From an uncultured delta proteobacterium (GTDB lineage: Bacteria; Myxococcota_A; Polyangia; Polyangiales; JAFGIB01): a stretch of 64,000 nt of DNA. Position 1 is the stretch's first letter. Every line of letters begins with the position of its first letter. Location: NCBI GenBank assembly GCA_963778655.1, contig CAVZVA010000002.1, positions 576,001-640,000 on the forward strand, given 5' to 3'. Below are positions 44,935 through 53,616 of the stretch, one piece after another. The position numbers and the translations under genes are program-made. A model generated the notes under the pieces. It worked only from the letters and a program-made list of their open reading frames with translations. It did not search any database and was not told the DNA's origin.

Positions 44935-46321
44935 CGCCGGCGTGATGCGCACCCTCGAGCGCCCGAATCAGCTCGGGGCCCGTGCGGGTGATGCTCCCAG
45001 CGCCCAGCGTAATGACGATGTCGCCCGGATGTGATCTTTTGAGCAAGCACCCGGCCAGCTCGACCCGCTCCTTGACGTAGGTCACATCGCGGTGGCCGTG
45101 GGCGCGGATCGCCTCGACCAGGCTGGCCGAGTCGGCGCCGGCGATGGGCGCCTCGCCCGCGGGGTAGACGTCGGTCACCAGCAGCACGTCGGCCAGGTTG
45201 AAGGCGCGGGTCAGCTCGTCGAACAGGTGGTGGGTGCGGCTGTAGCGGTGCGGCTGGAAGGCGACCACCAGCCGCCGGCCGTAGGCGCGGCGCGCGGCCT
45301 CCAGCGTCAGCTCGATCTCGGTCGGGTGGTGGCCGTAGTCGTCCACCACGGTGATGCCGCGATGCTCGCCCAGCACGGTGAAGCGGCGCTGCACGCCGGC
45401 GTACGTGGCCAGCGCCTCGCGCAGCACGCCGTGCCCGATGCCGAGCTCGTCGCTGACGGCGATCGTGGCCAGCGCGTTGAGCACGTTGTGCATGCCGGGC
45501 ATGCGCACCTCGAAGCGTCCGAGCGGCTGGCCGCGTCGCGTGAGCTCGAAGCGGGTCGAAAGCCCTTCGACCACCAGGTCGCGCGCGGCGTAGTCGGCCT
45601 GCGCGGCCAGGCCGTAGGTCGCCACGCGCTTTTCGATGCGCGGCAGGATGTCCTGCACGTGCGGGTGGTCGAGGCAGGCCACGACCAGGCCGTAGAACGG
45701 CACGCGGTTGGCGAACTGCACGAAGGCGTCCTTGACCGCTTCGTGGTCGCGGTAGTGGTCGAGGTGCTCGGCGTCGATGTTGGTGATCACGCTGATCACG
45801 GGCGTCAGGTGCAAGAACGAGCCGTCCGACTCGTCGGCCTCCGCCACCAGCAGCCGGCCTTTGCCGAGCGCGGCGCCGGAGCCGAGCATGTTGAGCTTGC
45901 CGCCGATGATGACGGTGGGGTCGAGCTGGGCGGCGCGCAGCACGGTCGCCACCAGCGAGGTGGTGGTGGTCTTGCCGTGCGAGCCGGCGATGGCGATGCC
46001 GTCCTGCAGCCGCATCAGCTCGGCGAGCATCTCGGCGCGGGGGATTACTGGGATGCCGCGCAGGCGGGCTTCGCGCAGCTCGGGGTTGTCGCGGCTCACC
46101 GCCGATGAGAACACCACCACATCGGCGCCGTGCACGTTGCTCGCGGCGTGGCCGAGCCGGATCTCGGCCCCGAGCTCGGTCAGGCGCCGCGTGGTTTCGC
46201 CCTGCACCAGGTCCGAGCCGCTGACCTGAAAGCCGTGCGCGAGCAGCACTTCGGCGATACCGCTCATGCCCACACCGGCGATGCCCACGAAGTGAATCGA
46301 GCGAATGCGACCGCGAAACAT
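44921..46321 (-). CDS. murC: UDP-N-acetylmuramate--L-alanine ligase
   Basis: [42 protein letters not shown]. Confidence 0.97.
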   Translation of the reverse strand: MFRGRIRSIHFVGIAGVGMSGIAEVLLAHGFQVSGSDLVQGETTRRLTELGAEIRLGHAASNVHGADVVVFSSAVSRDNPELREARLRGIPVIPRAEMLAELMRLQDGIAIAGSHGKTTTTSLVATVLRAAQLDPTVIIGGKLNMLGSGAALGKGRLLVAEADESDGSFLHLTPVISVITNIDAEHLDHYRDHEAVKDAFVQFANRVPFYGLVVACLDHPHVQDILPRIEKRVATYGLAAQADYAARDLVVEGLSTRFELTRRGQPLGRFEVRMPGMHNVLNALATIAVSDELGIGHGVLREALATYAGVQRRFTVLGEHRGITVVDDYGHHPTEIELTLEAARRAYGRRLVVAFQPHRYSRTHHLFDELTRAFNLADVLLVTDVYPAGEAPIAGADSASLVEAIRAHGHRDVTYVKERVELAGCLLKRSHPGDIVITLGAGSITRTGPELIRALEGAHHAGDGQP

Positions 46322-46476
46322 GCCCGGAGCCCCGCGCGCCTCGGAACTGCGGGGCGCACGCCGAGATAGGAGCAGAGACCAGCGGGCAGCGCAACTTGGC
46401 GGGCCTCGGGCGGCGAGCGCGGGTCGTGGTTGACTTGTCGCCGAGGCAGATCGAGGGCAGGCTACCGGCGCGGTTC

Positions 46477-47769
46477 ATGCTGCGCTTCACCCGTCATATC
46501 CCCTTCGCGCTCGCAGGGTTGCTCGCGTGCGCGGGCGGACGCGCCGTGCCGCGGGCACGGGCCGAGCCCGGCGCCGCCAAACCGGCCGCACCGGCTCCGA
46601 GCAAGGCCGCGCCGCCGCGCGCGCAGGCCGCGCCGTCACAACAGGCTCCGATGGCGAGCCCCCCTCGGCTGCCCCCGCACGTCACGGCCGCGCCGGCGCC
46701 GCAGGGCCCGGCCGCGCGCCCTCCCGAGCCGCCCATGTACCGCACGCAGCGCGAGCTGATGGGCACGATCTGGATGATCGGCGTCTCGGGCGGCGACGAG
46801 CAGGCCGCACGCGCAGCCTCGGAGAAGGCTCTCGACGAGGTCGAGCGGCTCGACGACATCCTCAGCGAGTGGAAGCCCGACAGCGAGGTGGCGCGGGTCA
46901 ACGCGGCCGCAGGTGTGGCGCCGGTGAAGGTGGGGCCCGAGATGATGGCGTGCGTGGAGGCGAGCCTACAGACCGCGCGCTGGAGCGACGGCGCTTATGA
47001 CATCTCCTGGGCCGCGCTGCGCGACCTGTGGGACTTCGGCCCGGATTCGAAGCACGTGCCGCCTACGCCGGAGCAGGTGCGCGCGCGCCTGCCGCTGTGG
47101 AACTGGCACAACATCCGAGTCGACAAGAAGAAGAGCACGATCTTCCTGCTCAAGAAGGGCATGCAGATCGGCCTCGGCGGCATCGCCAAGGGCTACGCGC
47201 TCGACCGCGCCTCCGACATCCTGCGCGCGGCCGGCTTCAACGACTTCCTGATCTTCGGCGGCGGCCAGGTGCTGGTGCACGGCCACCGCGGCAACCGCCC
47301 CTGGCGCGTGGGCATACAGAATCCGCGCGACTCGTCGTACTTCGGCTTCGTCGACGTAACCGACGCCTCGGTCTCGACCAGCGGCGACTACGAGCACAGC
47401 TACTTCTACCAGGGCAAGCGCTACCACCACATCATCGACCCGCACACCGGCTTCCCGGCCGACAAGGCCGCCTCGGTCACGGTGATCGCCTCGACTGGAT
47501 TGTGGGCGGACGCAGTGGACACCGCGGTCTTCATCCTCGGCCCAAAGCGCGGCCTGCGCGCGCTCGCCAACGCGCCCGGCGGCCCGATCGACGGCATCTT
47601 GGTGGACCCGGAGCTACGCGTCTATGCCACCCCGGGCGGCGCGCGCCGTCTGGTGATGGCCACGCACCTCGACGCCGAAGCTCACATCGGCGCCCCGCTG
47701 AAACCCGGCGACCCGATCCCGAAGCTGGTCCCGGTGGCGGCGCCTCCCGCGAAGCCCGGCAAGCCCTGA
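46477..47769 (+). CDS. apbE: FAD:protein FMN transferase (ApbE family) lipoprotein
   Basis: LMGT, LGGIAKGY, STSGDYE, HHIIDPHTG, ADAVDTA; lipobox-like LLAC and a Pro-rich linker. Confidence 0.9.
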   Translation: MLRFTRHIPFALAGLLACAGGRAVPRARAEPGAAKPAAPAPSKAAPPRAQAAPSQQAPMASPPRLPPHVTAAPAPQGPAARPPEPPMYRTQRELMGTIWMIGVSGGDEQAARAASEKALDEVERLDDILSEWKPDSEVARVNAAAGVAPVKVGPEMMACVEASLQTARWSDGAYDISWAALRDLWDFGPDSKHVPPTPEQVRARLPLWNWHNIRVDKKKSTIFLLKKGMQIGLGGIAKGYALDRASDILRAAGFNDFLIFGGGQVLVHGHRGNRPWRVGIQNPRDSSYFGFVDVTDASVSTSGDYEHSYFYQGKRYHHIIDPHTGFPADKAASVTVIASTGLWADAVDTAVFILGPKRGLRALANAPGGPIDGILVDPELRVYATPGGARRLVMATHLDAEAHIGAPLKPGDPIPKLVPVAAPPAKPGKP

Positions 47770-47840
47770 GTCGAGCGTGAGGCCAGGCTCATAGCATCGA
47801 GCGCGCCTTTTCTCTGCCTGCGCGCCGGTCGCGCGTTACC

Positions 47841-48335
47841 TCACTCGCACGAGCAGCAGTAGAAGATGATGCCGCCCGGGGTCGGCAGCATGTCGTGACA
47901 CCCTGTCGGCGGCTCCGCCGGGCTGGTCGTGCTCGCTCCAATCGTCCCGCACACGATCGCGTACTCGTCGGGCTTACAGCGGTCGTGGCAATCCGAGCCG
48001 CCGCTGCCCTCGGAGCAGCGCGTCGGGTCGTCGCCGAGGCAGATGTGCGTCCCGCCGCCGTCCAAGCCGCACGAAAGCAGCCTGCGCGCCGCCCGGCATG
48101 CGCCGCTGGTCGCGTCGACCGAATCGAGACTCGCCGGCCAGCTGCACACCGGGAGCCCGGCGCCACCGTCCGCCGGGCTGCTCGCTCCGCCGCCGTCCTG
48201 CCCCGTGCTCGAGGGCGACGTGCCGGCAGAGCAGGCGCCAATGCACAGCGCGCTCGCAACCATCGCGATCACCGATCCGAATTGCGCCTCGTGAGCCCGT
48301 GCGCGCCAGCCCGTCGAGCACCCCGCGTGCATCAT
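47841..48335 (-). CDS. Small Cys-rich lipoprotein, hypothetical (start uncertain)
   Basis: Hydrophobic stretch ending IGAC, Gly/Ser/DGG linker, Cys-rich domain ending YCCSCE. Confidence 0.6.
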   Translation of the reverse strand: MMHAGCSTGWRARAHEAQFGSVIAMVASALCIGACSAGTSPSSTGQDGGGASSPADGGAGLPVCSWPASLDSVDATSGACRAARRLLSCGLDGGGTHICLGDDPTRCSEGSGGSDCHDRCKPDEYAIVCGTIGASTTSPAEPPTGCHDMLPTPGGIIFYCCSCE

Positions 48336-48492
48336 TGGATCACCCTACCCCAACCACCTCAGCATGTCAGCCGGACGCGGGCCCACCCGGGGCCTGACCG
48401 CGCACACTCTTCCACGCGCCGCGCGCCTCCCGGTGCCACTAGCCACTGGGTGCACGCGCTCTTGGGGAACGCGTTCGCTAATCCTCGCTCGT

Positions 48493-49334
48493 GGCTCAAC
48501 GGGGCCGTCGCGCGAAGGCGACGGATGCGCCCATCACCAACCTCGCCCTCAAGATGATCCGTACGAGCTTCAATGGGGCCGTCGCGCGAACGCGACGGAT
48601 GCGTCGCGGATGTCGCCCACTCCCTTCTGGAAGTCCTCTTCGCTTCAATGGGGCCGTCGCGCGAACGCGACGGATGCCAGCGCCCAAGGCGCTGCCTAGC
48701 GATTGCATCCTCACTGCTTCAATGGGGCCGTCGCGCGAACGCGACGGATGCACTGATGCTACCGATATCCGCCGCCGGGACTGAACTCGGCTTCAATGGG
48801 GCCGTCGCGCGAACGCGACGGATGCGGTCTCAGCGCTGGTCGGCGAGCAGTACGTAGTGGTGGCTTCAATGGGGCCGTCGCGCGAACGCGACGGATGCAG
48901 CCGCGCAGGGGCGGCCGGGCGGCGTGCCAATCTCGCTTCAATGGGGCCGTCGCGCGAACGCGACGGATGCTGCAGCAGACGGCGACATCCCGAACGCGCC
49001 GGGATTGCTTCAATGGGGCCGTCGCGCGAACGCGACGGATGCGGTGGAGCGGATGCGCCGGCAGAGGCGGCGGGGAGGCTTCAATGGGGCCGTCGCGCGA
49101 ACGCGACGGATGCCTGGGCATGGCCAAATCGAGCCGTAGCGGCGAGGTCGCAGCTTCAATGGGGCCGTCGCGCGAACGCGACGGATGCGCCGCCACAATG
49201 GCACTGCCGGCCGGGTCCGATTCCGCTTCAATGGGGCCGTCGCGCGAACGCGACGGATGCTCACCGCGCAGGACGCAGAACCACCGCTTGAGGATCCGGC
49301 TTCAATGGGGCCGTCGCGCGAACGCGACGGATGC
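48493..49334 (-). CRISPR. Orphan CRISPR array, 12 repeats / 11 spacers, type I-G (I-U)-like repeat
   Basis: 36-bp repeat (minus strand GCATCCGTCGCGTTCGCGCGACGGCCCCATTGAAGC). Identical copies start at 48567, 48642, 48716, 48790, 48863, 48935, 49007, 49078, 49153, 49225 and 49299; a degenerate copy at 48493. Unique spacers of 35-39 bp; internal palindrome CCGTCGCG/CGCGACGG. Confidence 0.97.
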
Positions 49335-49507
49335 CCGCCATTCGACGAGCCAGCCGCCCGCAACGTGGTGAGGTCGCGATAGGCCGTGGCACGGCTCGCC
49401 CCGGTGCCCTCGCGGATCTGGGAGACGGTGAGCCCGCGACGGTGCGGGGCAAGGGCCTCGATCAATTGCCACTGGCGAATGAGTCTCTGCTGGGCGCGCA
49501 AGCCCAT
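49010..49507 (-). pseudogene. N-terminal winged-HTH fragment of a WYL/YafY-type regulator, fused to the CRISPR array
   Basis: MGLRAQQRLIRQWQLIEALAPHRRGLTVSQIREGTGASRATAYRDLTTLRAAG is an HTH_11-like pattern. After about 53 aa the frame runs into the repeats and stops inside the repeat starting at 49007. Confidence 0.7.
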
Positions 49508-49660
49508 CGGACACCCCCGTGCTGCCCCGAGCCGAGGAGGCTATCAGAACAGCTGCGAATCCGGTGTCGGCAAAGTGCGGGCAACAGAAGTTGCGGACCG
49601 GCGTGGCCCAAGCGGGTCATGCTGCGCTGTGCACCCGCGCAGGCGCAGGTCGGCACCTGC

Positions 49661-50932
49661 CTACTGCGCCTGCACCCGCGCGGGCGGTGGCGTCAGCGGG
49701 CGCAGGTGCAGCTCGACGCGCTTGACCTTGGGCTTGCGGCGTGCCGGCGGCATCGTGGTGGGCGCGGCGGCGCCTGCGCCCGCATCGTCGCCCTGGCCTG
49801 CGGGCTCGGCATCGTCGTCGTGTGTGCCCTGAGCGGGCATGCCGAGCCAGGCGAGCAGGTCGTCGACGATCGCGGCGGCGGCGTCGGGGCGGCCGCGACG
49901 GCGCGCGGCGCCGGCCATGGCGCTGCGGCGCTCCGTATCGCCGAGCAGCGCACGCACCTCGGTGGCCAGCGCCCCGGCGCTCAGCCCGGGCTCTTGCAGC
50001 ACCACCGCGGCAGCTTCGCGCTCGAGCGCGCGCGCGTTGTCGAGCTGGCGCGGCCCCGTCGCAGGCAGCGGAATCAGGATCGAAGCCCGGCCGATCGCGC
50101 ACAGCTCGGCCAGCGTGCCGGCGCCGGCGCGCGCGATCACCAGCGAGGCGCCGAGATAGGCGCGCGCCGCGTCGTCGATGAACGGCAGCACCTCGGCCTG
50201 CACGCCGAGCTCGCGATAGCGCCGCGCCACCTCAGCCGCCATCGCGCTGCCGGTCTGATGGACCACGCTGACGCCGAGCTCGCTCACGCCGGCCTGCGCC
50301 AGCGCGTCGGGCACCAGCTGGTTGAGCCGCTGGGCACCCTGCGAGCCGCCCATCACCAGCACCCGGCGCGCGCGCGCCGCGGCACCGGCCGGATCGTGGC
50401 CGGCCATGCGTGCGGCCTCGACGAACGCGCGCCGCACCGGATTGCCGAGCACGCGTGCGCGCTCGGCGCCGAACCACGGCAGCGCCTCGTCGAACGCGAG
50501 ATACGCGCGGCCCACGGTGCGCGCCAGCAAGCGGTTGGTGAGCCCCACGTGCACGTCGGGTTGCAGCAGCGCAGTCCGCACCTGCAGCGTGGCTGCCGCG
50601 AGCAGCACCGGACCGGCCGCGTAGCCGCCCAGACCGAGCGCGAGATCGGGGCGGAACGCGCGCACCACCGACAGCGCCTGCAGCCCCGAGCGCGGCAAGC
50701 TGAGCAGGCTGCGCGCGAGCCGGCCGCCGCTGCGTCCGACCAGCGGCTCGACCTCGAGCGTGCGCAGCTTCTCCCCCATCTGCGGCAGCACGCGCGCCTC
50801 GATGCCGCGCGCGGTGCCGACGAACAGCACCTGCAGCTCCGGCAACCTGCGCCGCAGCTCCTCGACCACGGCGATGCCAGGGAACAAGTGCCCCCCGGTG
50901 CCACCGCCGGCGACCAACAGCTTGGCGATCAT
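49661..50932 (-). CDS. murG: Undecaprenyldiphospho-muramoylpentapeptide beta-N-acetylglucosaminyltransferase
   Basis: GGGTGGHLFPG, GGY, GNPVR, GGSQGA, RAGAGTLAE. Confidence 0.95.
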   Translation of the reverse strand: MIAKLLVAGGGTGGHLFPGIAVVEELRRRLPELQVLFVGTARGIEARVLPQMGEKLRTLEVEPLVGRSGGRLARSLLSLPRSGLQALSVVRAFRPDLALGLGGYAAGPVLLAAATLQVRTALLQPDVHVGLTNRLLARTVGRAYLAFDEALPWFGAERARVLGNPVRRAFVEAARMAGHDPAGAAARARRVLVMGGSQGAQRLNQLVPDALAQAGVSELGVSVVHQTGSAMAAEVARRYRELGVQAEVLPFIDDAARAYLGASLVIARAGAGTLAELCAIGRASILIPLPATGPRQLDNARALEREAAAVVLQEPGLSAGALATEVRALLGDTERRSAMAGAARRRGRPDAAAAIVDDLLAWLGMPAQGTHDDDAEPAGQGDDAGAGAAAPTTMPPARRKPKVKRVELHLRPLTPPPARVQAQ

Positions 50933-52257
50933 GCGATGCCTCCTGTTCGCGAGAGCGCGTGCCCTCCCCGCTGACCCGAGTCGACGCGCACGTTCTGCTT
51001 GCCCGGCGCGCCCGGCGACTGCGTCGGCGCGGGCCCGCCGTCGCGCGGGCGCGACACGTTGAGCAGCACGCCGACCGCCGCGCAGTTCACCAGCAGCGCC
51101 GAGCCGCCGAAGCTGATGAAGGGCAGCACTAGACCCTTGGTGGGCAGCAGCCCCACCGCGACCGCGAGATTGGTGAACGCCTGCAGCCCGATGAACAGCG
51201 TGATGCCGACCGCGAGATAGGTGCCGTAGTCGTCGGCGGCGCGGTAAGCCGCGCGCAGGCCGCGGTAGAGCACCAGCAGGAAAGCCGCGATCATGATCGC
51301 GAGCCCCACGAAGCCGAGCTCCTCGCCCACGATCGCACTGATGAAGTCGGTGTGCGCCTCGGGCAGGAAGAACAGCTTCTGGCGGCTGTCGCCCAGGCCC
51401 ACGCCGGTGACGCCACCGGCGCCGAAGCTCATCAACGACTCCGCGATCTGATAGCCGACCCCGTAGCGGTACTGAAACGGCGACAGGAAGGCGGTGATAC
51501 GCCGCATGCGGTACTCGGAGCCGGTCACCAGCTGGTAGGCGATCGGCAGCACCGCCAGCCCGGCGCCGAGCAGATAGCCCAGCCGTGCGCCGGCCGTGAA
51601 CAGCAGCACGAAGGTCATCAGGGCGACCATCACCGCACTGCCGAAGTCGGGCTGCTTCAGGCATAGCAGCGCCAGCAGTCCGGCCACCACCGCGTGCGGC
51701 AGGAAACCGACCGAGAAGCTGCGAATGCGCTCCGACTTCTTGGACAGCGAGTACGCCAGCCAGAAGATCATCGCCACCTTGACGATCTCCGCCGGCTGCA
51801 CGTGGATCGGGCCGACCTCGAGCCAGCGCGAAGCGCCGCCCGCGCTCTTGCCCAGGCCGAAGGCGGTGGCACACAGCAACAGCACGGAGCTTCCGAGTAG
51901 CGGATAGGTGAGCGCGCGCAGCCGGTGGTAGTCGAAGCGCGCCAGCACGAGCATGGCGAACAAGCCGAGCACCGCGTAGGCCGCCTGGCGCACCAGGAAG
52001 TGCTGGCCGTTGTCGTGACGGCTGTAGGCGAGCACCGCGCTGGCGCTGTAAACCATCACCACGCCGAAGCTGACCAGCGCCACCACGGTGCCGGTGAGCA
52101 CGGCGTCGGCCGGCCCGACCACCTTGGGCCAGCTGGCCTTGCCGAAGCGCCAAACGCGCGCGGCCGGCTTGCGCGCGGGCTCCTGCGACGCAAGGCGCAG
52201 GTTGCCCGCCTGCTTCGCGGGCTCGTCGCGATGCAACAGCCGCCACACCGCGCTCAT
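50929..52257 (-). CDS. ftsW: SEDS peptidoglycan polymerase FtsW
   Basis: MVYSAS, QPAE, QPDFG, LPEAHTDF, LPTKGLVLPFISFGGS. Confidence 0.95.
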   Translation of the reverse strand: MSAVWRLLHRDEPAKQAGNLRLASQEPARKPAARVWRFGKASWPKVVGPADAVLTGTVVALVSFGVVMVYSASAVLAYSRHDNGQHFLVRQAAYAVLGLFAMLVLARFDYHRLRALTYPLLGSSVLLLCATAFGLGKSAGGASRWLEVGPIHVQPAEIVKVAMIFWLAYSLSKKSERIRSFSVGFLPHAVVAGLLALLCLKQPDFGSAVMVALMTFVLLFTAGARLGYLLGAGLAVLPIAYQLVTGSEYRMRRITAFLSPFQYRYGVGYQIAESLMSFGAGGVTGVGLGDSRQKLFFLPEAHTDFISAIVGEELGFVGLAIMIAAFLLVLYRGLRAAYRAADDYGTYLAVGITLFIGLQAFTNLAVAVGLLPTKGLVLPFISFGGSALLVNCAAVGVLLNVSRPRDGGPAPTQSPGAPGKQNVRVDSGQRGGHALSRTGGIA

Positions 52258-53609
52258 GCCTCGCCTCCGGGCAGCGCGCGCACCGCGGCCTGGAACAGGT
52301 CTCCGCGCTGCGCGTACGACTCGAACATGTCGAAGCTCGAGCACGCGGGCGCGAGCAGCACGGTATCGCCGGTGCGCGCCAGCGCGCGCGCGACCGCCAC
52401 CGCGGCCTCCAGGCTCGAGGCGCGCTCCACCGGGTAGCCGCCGTCGCGCAGCGCGGCCTCGATCAGCGGCCCGGCCTCGCCGATCAACACCGCCGCACGC
52501 CCGCGCGCGCGCAGGCGCTCGGCCAGCGGCGTGTACGCGCCGCCCTTGTCCCGACCGCCCGCGATCAACACCACGCGGCCGGCGCGCCCCGCCAGACCGT
52601 CCAGGGCCGCGGCCGCAGCGCCCACATTGGTGGCCTTGGAGTCGTCGTAGTAGTCGACGCCCCCGAGCGTGCGCACGTGCTGCATGCGGTGCGGCAGCCC
52701 GCGGAAGTCGAGCAGCGCCGCCTGCACGTGCTGCGCTTCGACGCCCGCCAGCCGCGCGATCAGCGCCGCCGCGCACGCGTTGTCGTGGTTGTGCCGGCCC
52801 GAGATGCCGAGCCGCGCCAGCGGCACCGACAACCCGCTCTCGGTGTCCACCAGCGCCGCGCCGCTCACCCGCACCGCGCCGTCGGCCCCGCCGTAGCGCA
52901 GCAACCGCCCCTGGCCCTTGCGCGCGAGCGCCTCGCACAGCGCGTCGCCGCTCGGCACCACCGCCGCGTCCTGCGCCGTCTGGTTACGGAAGATCGCGCC
53001 TTTGGCGTCGGCGTAGGCCTGAAACGACGGGTAGCGGTCGAGGTGATCCTCGGTGACGTTGAGCAGCGCCGCAATCCGCACGCGCAGCCGCTCGATGCGC
53101 TCGAGCTGGAAGCTCGAGAGCTCGACCACCACGTAGCCGCCCTGCTCCGCGGCCGGACCGCCCACCACGTCGGTCAGCGGTGTGCCCAGGTTGCCGCCGA
53201 CGAAGGTCGGGCGTCCGGAGCGCCGGCACATCTCGCCGACCAGCGTGGTGACCGTGCTCTTGCCGTTGGTCCCGGTGACGCCGATCAGCGTGCCCTGCAC
53301 GAACCAGGACGCGAGCTCGATCTCGCTGGCGATCGGCACGCCCGCGCGCGCCGCGGCCTGCAGCGCGGGCAGATCGGGCACGCCGGGCGAGACCACGATC
53401 TGGTCGACCGCGCAGAACAGCGCCTCGTCGTGCGAGCCGAGCGCCAGCTCCGCGCCCTGCTCGCCCAGCGCGGCGGCGGCCGCGCCCAGCTCGGCTAGCG
53501 AGCGGCGGTCGCTCACCACCACGCGCGCGCCGCGCTGCAGCAGCAGGCGCGCGGCCGCGATGCCGCTCTTGCCGAGCCCGACCACCAACACCCTTTTTCC
53601 CTCGAGCAT
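52254..53609 (-). CDS. murD: UDP-N-acetylmuramoyl-L-alanine--D-glutamate ligase
   Basis: GLGKSG, GTNGKST, ELSSFQL, DDSKATN, APACSSFDMF. Confidence 0.97.
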   Translation of the reverse strand: MLEGKRVLVVGLGKSGIAAARLLLQRGARVVVSDRRSLAELGAAAAALGEQGAELALGSHDEALFCAVDQIVVSPGVPDLPALQAAARAGVPIASEIELASWFVQGTLIGVTGTNGKSTVTTLVGEMCRRSGRPTFVGGNLGTPLTDVVGGPAAEQGGYVVVELSSFQLERIERLRVRIAALLNVTEDHLDRYPSFQAYADAKGAIFRNQTAQDAAVVPSGDALCEALARKGQGRLLRYGGADGAVRVSGAALVDTESGLSVPLARLGISGRHNHDNACAAALIARLAGVEAQHVQAALLDFRGLPHRMQHVRTLGGVDYYDDSKATNVGAAAAALDGLAGRAGRVVLIAGGRDKGGAYTPLAERLRARGRAAVLIGEAGPLIEAALRDGGYPVERASSLEAAVAVARALARTGDTVLLAPACSSFDMFESYAQRGDLFQAAVRALPGGEA

Positions 53610-53616
53610 GGCAGCC

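Noticed and set aside
48364..49382. Multiple short ORFs inside the CRISPR array
   Set aside because: They arise from the ATG within the repeat and repeat translation (MGPSRERDG, LQWGRRANATDA). Only the HTH-coding 5' part of 49010..49507 looks protein-like.
49630..49681. 11-bp direct repeat TGCACCCGCGC and hairpins at the murG 3' end as an att site or target-site duplication
   Set aside because: Both copies are on the same side of the island and I saw no matching copy at the murC side. Short GC-rich repeats are expected by chance.
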